In this document: piece by piece, positions 44,784-52,476 of the stretch
Layout of the letters: each line of letters begins with the position of its first letter
Numbering within the stretch: position 1 is the first letter of the stretch
NCBI GenBank assembly: GCA_965214095.1
Contig: OZ243938.1
Location: forward strand, 2,464,001 to 2,528,000
Direction of reading: 5' to 3'
DNA length: 64,000 nt
DNA from: Candidatus Poribacteria bacterium
Lineage (GTDB): Bacteria; Poribacteria; WGA-4E; WGA-3G
The notes under the pieces: generated by a model
Told to the model about the DNA's origin: nothing
The model's database searches: none
What the model saw: only the letters and a program-made list of their open reading frames with translations
Made by a program: the position numbers and the translations under genes

Positions 44784-45521
44784 ATGAAAATTAAAGCATT
44801 TTGGTTACCTGTATTACTTGCAATAGTTGGTATGCTCGCAGTTGGTAGCGTTCCGATGGTTTACGCTGACGCACACGGAGCGGGTGAAGAGATGGAAATG
44901 GAAATGGAAGAGGAATCAGGTATTGGCGGTTGGTTCCGTACCGATACTGATAGTCTTGGAACACAAATCTGGTTTGGTGGTAGTTATCCTGCTGGAAGTG
45001 TATCTATAGATAGCGACATATATGTTGTTGGAACTTTCGCAGAATTCGACCTTGGAATTGGAATTCCAGTTGTTGATGACGAATCAATGTCACTTACTTT
45101 CCTGCCGATGGTAGGTATTGGATTTGATTATGCATCAGCGAACGGTCCTAATTCTATAATTGCACCGCAGCTGTTTACTTATCTTACTGCTGGGTCCATC
45201 TATTTTGAATCTTGGATTCAAGGCTTCTTCAATACTTCATTTGATTATGGAGATGATTCATTATATACACGAGATTTTATCCTCTATTCAGTGACGGATA
45301 ATATCGCTATCGGTCCACAGGTAGAAGTTAGTCTCACCCTAAGTGGTTTAGAGGAAGAAACCGAAACAGGTTTGAGTAGTTTGGTAGTTGGTGGACGGAT
45401 CAATATGGCTTACGGTGAAAACAATACGCTCGGTCTGTTTGTCGGTCTTGAAACCCAAATGGAAGAAGATTCGGAAGATTCAGGACTTACCGGTAGAATG
45501 ACATTTGTTCGTACTTGGTAG
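44784..45521 (+). CDS. putative outer-membrane beta-barrel protein, paralog 2
   Basis: Signal peptide; shares GWFxxDxDSLG, EFDLG, PMVGIGFDY, IAIGPQVE and GLTGRM with paralog 1; ends in W. Confidence 0.72.
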   Translation: MKIKAFWLPVLLAIVGMLAVGSVPMVYADAHGAGEEMEMEMEEESGIGGWFRTDTDSLGTQIWFGGSYPAGSVSIDSDIYVVGTFAEFDLGIGIPVVDDESMSLTFLPMVGIGFDYASANGPNSIIAPQLFTYLTAGSIYFESWIQGFFNTSFDYGDDSLYTRDFILYSVTDNIAIGPQVEVSLTLSGLEEETETGLSSLVVGGRINMAYGENNTLGLFVGLETQMEEDSEDSGLTGRMTFVRTW

Positions 45522-45695
45522 TTAATTGTATAAAAACAGCAACCGTGCTGTTTTATCTATAGAATACATCGCGAATCTATGGTATACAACACTATTATGG
45601 ATTCGCGATGAAACAATATATCATTCAACGTATAACATCTCTCAGTTCTTCAAAGTATTAAAAAGCAGTTTTATTGAAAATATAGGAGATATTAA

Positions 45696-47075
45696 ATGAC
45701 AAAAAAGGTTATTGTAACAATCTTTGTCCTCACCTGCTTGGTTAGTATTAACGTCTTTGCTCTCAACGGGTTGATAGAAGGTGATGACGGAACACTCACA
45801 AAGGTTGAGGATTCAAAGTATATGGGAGACACACTATGGGTGCTGGTCGCTGCATTTCTTGTATTCTTTATGCAGGCTGGTTTCGCTATGGTGGAGTCTG
45901 GGTTCACACGGGCAAAAAATGCTGTTAACATTCTCATGAAAAACTTGATGGACTTCTCAATGGGGTCAATCGCTTATTGGGCAATCGGCTTTGCAATAAT
46001 GTTCGGTGCGGGTAATGCGTTCATGGGAACAAGTGGTTGGTTTGTTCCTTCCGAAGAACTTTCTGCTGGCGCAGCAGCCAGTTCCAGTGTGTTTAGTTCG
46101 TTAGAATGGAGTTCTGTGCCAACCTATGCAGCGTGGTTATTCCAACTTGTATTCGCCGCAACAGCAGCAACTATCGTTTCTGGTGCAATGGCAGAACGGA
46201 CACAGTTCAAGAGTTATCTTATTTATAGTGTATTTATCACAGGTCTCATCTATCCCGTAGTCGGTCACTGGGTTTGGGGTGGCGGTTGGTTATCAAGTTT
46301 AGGTATGTCTGACTTTGCTGGTTCAACCGTTGTTCATTCAACAGGTGGTTGGCTTGCATTGACAGGTGCTATCGTCTTAGGGCCACGTCTTGGCAAATAT
46401 GATGGCGAAGGCAAACCGAGACCGATTGCTGGTCACAATCTACCACTTGCAGCACTCGGTGTCTTTATTCTCTGGCTCGGTTGGTTCGGATTCAATCCGG
46501 GTAGTCAGATGGGGGCAGATGCATTAGATATTTCCAAAATTGCAGTTACAACGAATATCGCAGCTGCAGCAGGTGCTATTACGGCAATGATTACCGCTTG
46601 GATAATGCTTGGTAAACCCGATGCAGGTATGTCGCTCAACGGTGCCCTCGCAGGGTTGGTAACTATTACCGCAGGTTGTGCTTCTGTTAGTCCGACATCC
46701 GCTGCGATAATGGGAGCAATTGGTGGAATCGTCGTTGTTCTAAGCGTCTTGTTGATTGAAAATCTACGTATTGATGATCCGGTCGGTGCTATTTCAGTTC
46801 ACGGAACGTGTGGCGCATTAGGCACACTACTCCTTGGATTCTTTGATAGTTCATCCGGAGTTTTCTTTGGCGGTGGATTTGAACTTCTATGGGCACAGTT
46901 CGTTGGTGTCGTTGCTGTTTTGGCATGGTGTCTCGTTACAGGCTTTATCCTCTTCTATGCAATCAAAGCAGCCACAGGCTTACGTGTTACACAAGAGCAA
47001 GAACAAGCTGGACTTGACTATGAAGAACATGGTGCAAGTGCATATCCAGACTTCAATGTCTCTTCAATACGTTAG
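45696..47075 (+). CDS. amt: ammonium transporter (Amt1-type clade)
   Basis: LVFFMQAGFAMVESG, FAATAATIVSGAMAER, DFAGSTVVH, LWLGWFGFN, DDPVGAISVHG. Confidence 0.96.
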   Translation: MTKKVIVTIFVLTCLVSINVFALNGLIEGDDGTLTKVEDSKYMGDTLWVLVAAFLVFFMQAGFAMVESGFTRAKNAVNILMKNLMDFSMGSIAYWAIGFAIMFGAGNAFMGTSGWFVPSEELSAGAAASSSVFSSLEWSSVPTYAAWLFQLVFAATAATIVSGAMAERTQFKSYLIYSVFITGLIYPVVGHWVWGGGWLSSLGMSDFAGSTVVHSTGGWLALTGAIVLGPRLGKYDGEGKPRPIAGHNLPLAALGVFILWLGWFGFNPGSQMGADALDISKIAVTTNIAAAAGAITAMITAWIMLGKPDAGMSLNGALAGLVTITAGCASVSPTSAAIMGAIGGIVVVLSVLLIENLRIDDPVGAISVHGTCGALGTLLLGFFDSSSGVFFGGGFELLWAQFVGVVAVLAWCLVTGFILFYAIKAATGLRVTQEQEQAGLDYEEHGASAYPDFNVSSIR

Positions 47076-47290
47076 TGATTTTTTAGAAAACCTTCAATAT
47101 TTAGGTTAAGGTTACAAATCAATTAGGTTCGCCCACAGGAAGTCTAACATATCCCTGAGTTATACATCCTGACATGTGGGCGTTCCTATCTTACTGTCTA
47201 CAGTATGCCATTGCAATTGCTTGATACCAACACCATGTTTTGATAAAATGCTTTACCAATACTTGAAGAATTGAGATTTTTGAGAGAAGT

Positions 47291-47393
47291 TATAGTGAAT
47301 TATAAATATAAGTTGACACTTTCGGCCCACGGTAGGCGAGGTTTCCTAACCTCGCCGATGCAGAGTGTTCAACTAATTTCAAAATCTACTATA
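47291..47393 (+). mobile_element. 103-bp REP-carrying MITE, copy 4 of 5
   Basis: Near-identical to 23149-23251. Confidence 0.88.
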
Positions 47394-47507
47394 ACAAGTT
47401 AATCTAATTTTGCGTAATGAATAGGAAATGATAGATTGGCAATGTTGTCAATCTTTATGGTTACAATAAACAAGCAAAATTGCTTGTAAGAACAAAGGAG
47501 GCTAAAG

Positions 47508-48956
47508 ATGCCACAACGAAGTGCATCGCATTGGACAAAGAAGCGTTTTAGTTATCCACTAATTGGAACGCTTATACTAATATTACTAATATCTGGTGTG
47601 TTGAGTCTCATGTCAACTTATGATGTGTTTGCAGACCAACATGAAACAACTGAAATGGAGTCAGAAGCACCTTCTGAAGAGGCTGAGGATGAAGATGCCG
47701 CAGAAGCAGAATCTGCTATAGATTCTGGTGATACTGCGTGGATGCTTACCTCAACAGCCCTTGTGTTGTTTATGACTATTCCCGGACTTGCCCTTTTCTA
47801 TGGTGGACTTGTGCGTGTCCAAAATGTCCTCTCTGTATTGATGCAATGCTTTGCATTGACAGGGATAATCACGATTATTTGGATTGTCTGTGGGTATAGT
47901 CTGGCATTCAATACCGCAGGTATGGAGGCTGGGAAAATAACATTTAACTCATTCGTTGGTGGATTAGGAACGATTTTCTTGAAAGGTGTTACCACAAGCA
48001 GTGAAAGTGGAACTATCCCTGAAACCGTTTTTATTGTCTTCCAAATGACATTTGCAATTATCACCCCCGCATTGATTGCCGGTGCATTCGCAGAACGGAT
48101 GAAGTTTTCTGCTATGCTCATTTTCTCTGTTTTATGGTCAATAATCGTTTATGCACCACTATGCCACATGGCATGGGCAGGAGACGGCTCTTTGTTTGGT
48201 GATGTTATTGGAGCAAAAGACTTTGCGGGTGGTAACGTAGTTCATATTAATGCAGGTATCGCGGCATTAGTTGCTGCAATATTAGTCGGAAAACGTCTCG
48301 GTTATCAGACAACAGCAATGCCACCGCATAGTTTGACGATTACCGTCGTCGGTGCGTCAATGCTGTGGGTAGGTTGGTTTGGATTCAATGCTGGTAGTCA
48401 ACTTGCAGCCGATGGAGGTGCTGGTATGGCTATGCTTGTTACACAAGTTTCAACAGCTACCGCAGCAATTACATGGATGTTTATTGAATGGATCAAACAC
48501 GGTAAACCAAGTGTTCTCGGTATTGTTACGGGTGCTGTTGGCGGTTTGGTTGCAATCACACCTGCATCGGGTACAGTTGGTCCAATGGGGGCACTCGTTA
48601 TCGGATTCGCATCTGGAGCCGTCTGTTTCTGGGGTGCTACCAGTTTGAAATCGAAACTCGGTTATGACGATTCATTGGATGCGTTTGGTGTTCACGGGAT
48701 CGGTGGAATTGTCGGTGCACTCTTGACTGGTGTTTTCACAGCAAGCGCATTAGGCGGTGCTGGTATGGATGTCAGTATCGGTGTGCAGGTTTGGAAACAG
48801 TTCCTTAGCATTGTTATTACTATCGTTTGGAGTGGTCTGCTTTCATTTATTATCCTTAAAATCGTTGACGCTATTGTTGGCTTACGCGTTGAAGAGGATG
48901 ATGAACGGATGGGTCTTGACCTATCGCAGCACAATGAACGTGGTTATAACCTATAA
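47508..48956 (+). CDS. amtB: ammonium transporter AmtB-type with extended acidic N-terminus
   Basis: GDTAWMLTSTALVLFMTIPGLALFYGG, FQMTFAIITPAL, DFAGGNVVH, DDSLDAFGVHG, GLDLSQHNERGY. Confidence 0.96.
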   Translation: MPQRSASHWTKKRFSYPLIGTLILILLISGVLSLMSTYDVFADQHETTEMESEAPSEEAEDEDAAEAESAIDSGDTAWMLTSTALVLFMTIPGLALFYGGLVRVQNVLSVLMQCFALTGIITIIWIVCGYSLAFNTAGMEAGKITFNSFVGGLGTIFLKGVTTSSESGTIPETVFIVFQMTFAIITPALIAGAFAERMKFSAMLIFSVLWSIIVYAPLCHMAWAGDGSLFGDVIGAKDFAGGNVVHINAGIAALVAAILVGKRLGYQTTAMPPHSLTITVVGASMLWVGWFGFNAGSQLAADGGAGMAMLVTQVSTATAAITWMFIEWIKHGKPSVLGIVTGAVGGLVAITPASGTVGPMGALVIGFASGAVCFWGATSLKSKLGYDDSLDAFGVHGIGGIVGALLTGVFTASALGGAGMDVSIGVQVWKQFLSIVITIVWSGLLSFIILKIVDAIVGLRVEEDDERMGLDLSQHNERGYNL

Positions 48957-48970
48957 CAATTCTATACATT

Positions 48971-48996
48971 GTAGGGCGGGGTCTCTGTGCCCCGCC
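48971..48996 (+). repeat. GTAG REP hairpin downstream of amtB
   Basis: GTAGGGCGGGG-TCTCTGT-GCCCCGCC. Confidence 0.6.
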
Positions 48997-49037
48997 ATGT
49001 TTTATCATACGGTTAGAATTTTGTCAGTCCAAACTCT

Positions 49038-49266
49038 TATGGTCAAAACCATAATTATTTACACACTACGGTAGGTTCGGTTTCCTAACCGAACCATGGG
49101 CGTCAATTTAGTGTAAATTAGGCGTTTTCCCCAGGACGGTAGGTTCGGTTTCCTAACCGAACCGGATCCTACGCGAGAACCTCTATGAAGGTATTTGGCA
49201 CAAAGACGGTTCGGTTAGGAAACCGCATCTACCGGGAGTGTGCACGGATTTTTACATTTCACTATA
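49038..49266. mobile_element. composite REP-containing MITE-like element, copy 2
   Basis: Shares AAAACCATAATTATTTACACAC, two direct plus one inverted REP, GTGTGCAC and ATTTCACTATA with 21065-21260. Confidence 0.75.
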
Positions 49267-49273
49267 AACTAAT

Positions 49274-51283
49274 CTATTCTTCCACTATCCTCCCGGCTAT
49301 TTCAGCATCTGGCATTATATCCTTCCTAACAAGTAGATTCTGTTTTACACCAAGATTTTTATATACATCTTCAATCCATGATGTGTTGAATACATCTCCA
49401 GTGTTATGAATAATCAAATTACGTGGTGCGACAAGTGTTCCTGCTGTGCGGAAATCGCCTACTCTACGCAAACTCGGAATCGGTAAATTATTCAGATATG
49501 CCTCTTGGTTCGTGTTTTCCAACTGTGCTGCATCAACGATGACGTTCTTAATATTCGTGAATCCTGCAGCAAGCAGTGCCCACAAACCTGCATTGCCTAT
49601 TCCGATGAGGCTAACCTCAGAAACATCGCCTCTGGTTGTAAAATAGAGCAGTGTTGTTACAATGTCCTGAATACGCAACGCTGCTGTTGTTCGGTTATAG
49701 GTAGTGAAGTAATTCGTCTCTTCTGATCTCTCATAGTCTCCATGTTCGCCTGTTTCAAACACATCAATAATTAGCACTTTACGATCAGCATTTATCAACT
49801 CTTTGATTATTGGTATAGGTTGTCCTGTTTCAGGATCAATCAATTTTTCTTTTCCTTCGGGATGCACAACGACAACAACTGGATCGTGTCCAACTAAAGG
49901 TTCGGTACGAAATAGAATGGCAGGAATTGCATCACCTACTCCTTCCCTTCCAATGACAACATGACGCGCAGAAAAGTCTGGGTGATAAGTTGTGGGAAAA
50001 GCACCTTCTGGTTCCACAAGTGTTATCTCACTGCTATCTGGCAAGTGTAATCCAAGGGAGTGTTGTAAAGCACTTCCCATTTCTTCTTTAAACTGATGAT
50101 GTTCATCTTCATTTGTCGGTTTACGTTTCTCAATTGCTTTGTTAGATAACATCGTCCAAGCACGTAGGATGTCGTCCTGTTTCAATGCATGCTCTGGTAT
50201 ATCTCGATCAGAGAAAACCAATAGATCTTCATCGGATTCAACTTCATAAGGTGCTTCTTTATATTTGGATGTGCCATCATCATTAAGAAACCATTTCGCG
50301 AACCATGCATATACTGCTTCACGGCTTTCTTTATTGTAGTTGTGTTCTGCGTCTACTTGAACTTGATGGACCTTATCTTCTGCATCAAAATGTGCATAAA
50401 TGCTTCGGATAGCGGGATACTCTACAGTTGGTGTATTTGATGTCCAATCACCTGTGCAAGACACAAGCAGTAGAGGACGTGGTGCCATCAATGCACCTAT
50501 CTCAAGATTACTGCCTTCCAACCGCAAATTCGGTGCGTTTTCACATAGACAACCACCCTGCATCGTTGCAGAAATCATATTGACAGGTGCTGAGACCTTG
50601 ATACGTTCATCAACAGCGGTTAGAATGAAAGTCTGTGATCCACCACCCGATGCGCCTGTACATCCGATACGTTCTTTGTCCACATCAGGCAAGTCTTGTA
50701 AGAAATCAATGGCACTTATCCCATTCTGAAGTTGCAGTCCCATTGCACTCAATCCCCATAATGCTTCTTTCGCACCACCATAACGATGTTCTATCTGCTT
50801 GCCGCTGTCGTTGTAACCTATCATATCATAAGCAAAGATGACATAACCCTGTTTAGCGAAATTGATACATCTGCCAGGAATTGAACCACGTTCTATATCT
50901 TCTAACCGTCCACGTCCCCAATGTCCATGTGGACTTACAATGGCTGGGAATGGTCCGGTTTTTCCTTTTGGACGATAGAGATTTCCTGTTGTGAAGAAAC
51001 CGGGGAAGGGTTCAAAATGCACCCTTTCTACGGTATAATCTTCCCGTTCAATTTTTCCAAAGATTTGTGCGTTGATAGGCGTTGGTTCATGGGATGGTAT
51101 CAAACCGTTTGCTACGCGTATCTGTTGCCGTAGCACTTCGGCTTTTCCAGTCCACTCCTCTTTGGTGTAGTTTGGAAAGGTGTAAGGAGTGTTTAGATCG
51201 CGTGATGCGGCACCCCGTGCATCGTTGACAGTTTGTGATTGGTCGGTGAAAACATGTGCAAGTTCGTGGTGTTGTTCAGCCAT
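49274..51283 (-). CDS. alpha/beta hydrolase, acetyl xylan esterase-like (two-domain)
   Basis: PHGHW, YDMIGYNDS, IGCTGASGGGSQT nucleophile elbow, GGCLCEN, APRPLL, HNYN; degenerate second domain. Confidence 0.85.
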   Translation of the reverse strand: MAEQHHELAHVFTDQSQTVNDARGAASRDLNTPYTFPNYTKEEWTGKAEVLRQQIRVANGLIPSHEPTPINAQIFGKIEREDYTVERVHFEPFPGFFTTGNLYRPKGKTGPFPAIVSPHGHWGRGRLEDIERGSIPGRCINFAKQGYVIFAYDMIGYNDSGKQIEHRYGGAKEALWGLSAMGLQLQNGISAIDFLQDLPDVDKERIGCTGASGGGSQTFILTAVDERIKVSAPVNMISATMQGGCLCENAPNLRLEGSNLEIGALMAPRPLLLVSCTGDWTSNTPTVEYPAIRSIYAHFDAEDKVHQVQVDAEHNYNKESREAVYAWFAKWFLNDDGTSKYKEAPYEVESDEDLLVFSDRDIPEHALKQDDILRAWTMLSNKAIEKRKPTNEDEHHQFKEEMGSALQHSLGLHLPDSSEITLVEPEGAFPTTYHPDFSARHVVIGREGVGDAIPAILFRTEPLVGHDPVVVVVHPEGKEKLIDPETGQPIPIIKELINADRKVLIIDVFETGEHGDYERSEETNYFTTYNRTTAALRIQDIVTTLLYFTTRGDVSEVSLIGIGNAGLWALLAAGFTNIKNVIVDAAQLENTNQEAYLNNLPIPSLRRVGDFRTAGTLVAPRNLIIHNTGDVFNTSWIEDVYKNLGVKQNLLVRKDIMPDAEIAGRIVEE

Positions 51284-51300
51284 TATAATTACCTCTGTTC

Positions 51301-51705
51301 CTAAGTTGACTCTGATTCAGCCAATTGTGTCTGTTCATTTGCGAATTTCGAAATTTCCCTTTCTCCAGTGGGTTCGATGTAAGATGACATGTCTTCATCT
51401 ATTTTTGGTTCAATTGAAAGTCGACATCCAAGCGCAGTAAGAATAGTTGCAAGTGTATCAATCCGTGGTGCTTTCTCACATGAGAGTGTTTTTGAGAGCA
51501 TTTCCTCATCTATGCCGGTTTTCTTGGCAAGTTCAGCAATCCCACCCTGCGATTCTACAAATGTTCTAAGTGCCAACAAAAATACAGTAGTGTCCCTATC
51601 AATTTGGTATTCTTCCATTGCGAATTGGATATAGTCACATGCAGCATCCCAGTCGATGGCAAGTTGTTCTATTACTATCTCTCGCCATTTTCGGTATTTT
51701 CTCAT
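51301..51705 (-). CDS. addiction-module antidote protein (HTH, TIGR02684-like)
   Basis: FLLALRTFVESQGGIAELAKKTG...PRIDTLATILTALG; ATGA overlap with the toxin. Confidence 0.85.
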   Translation of the reverse strand: MRKYRKWREIVIEQLAIDWDAACDYIQFAMEEYQIDRDTTVFLLALRTFVESQGGIAELAKKTGIDEEMLSKTLSCEKAPRIDTLATILTALGCRLSIEPKIDEDMSSYIEPTGEREISKFANEQTQLAESEST

Positions 51706-52040
51706 CGCTGTTCCTCCTTATATTCTAACCAATAGGTTTTCGCGCGTTGGATGTCCCGTGTTTGTGTTGACTTATCCCCGCCACAGAGCAAAAGGACGAT
51801 TGTTCTATCCACTTCACCAAAGTAGATGCGATAACCTGGTCCAAAATGCAGCCGCAGCTCAAAGATGCCGCTACCAATAGATCCGCAATCGCCTAAATTT
51901 CCTTTTTCAAGCCGGTCAAGTCGTCTTCGAATTCTGGTTTGTGTTCTTACATCTCGAATTGTGTTAAACCATTCCGTGAAAGGTTCACGCCCGTTTTGCG
52001 TTCGGTAGGTTTCTATTTCCCGTGGCTGTATGTTATGCAT
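51702..52040 (-). CDS. addiction-module toxin, RelE/ParE superfamily (TIGR02683-like)
   Basis: PFTEWF, RLDRLEKGNLGD, ELRLHFGPGYRIYF, LLLCGGDKSTQ..DI..AK.YW. Confidence 0.92.
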   Translation of the reverse strand: MHNIQPREIETYRTQNGREPFTEWFNTIRDVRTQTRIRRRLDRLEKGNLGDCGSIGSGIFELRLHFGPGYRIYFGEVDRTIVLLLCGGDKSTQTRDIQRAKTYWLEYKEEQR

Positions 52041-52069
52041 TAATGATTTCTTTATGTAGCACAAACTTT

Positions 52070-52184
52070 ATGAAGATTAATTTATTAAACGGGTAATTCT
52101 CATTTACCCAAACCCGGTAGGTGCGGTTTCCTAACCGCACTGGACTTCTCAAGGAAATTACCTGATTTATTTCTTAATCTTCAT
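52070..52184. mobile_element. MITE with ATGAAGATTAA ends carrying a REP, inserted into the loop of another REP
   Basis: ~29-bp imperfect TIRs; internal GTAGGTGCGGTTTCCTAACCGCAC; flanks GTAGCACAAACTTT and TCAGTTTGTGTC. Confidence 0.72.
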
Positions 52185-52476
52185 TCAGTTTGTGTCATAA
52201 GGACGCAAACTAAAAGTTCACGCTACAAAATATTGGCTAATTATCAGTCCTTTTCACTAAAAACAGAGTTTCCATGTCTAAAACTTATAGGTAGCAACTT
52301 GGGTTAAAATAATATAACAGAATTCTTTACGATTATCAACCAAATAGAAATGAACTGGTGTGTTAAGATTTTTGCGCAAATACGACTGTACCATCTTATA
52401 GAGTCTAAAAACGTTAATACTATTCGCGCATTTAGCAATACATAAAGTTTTATAAGATACGTTCCAGACTGTTTTG

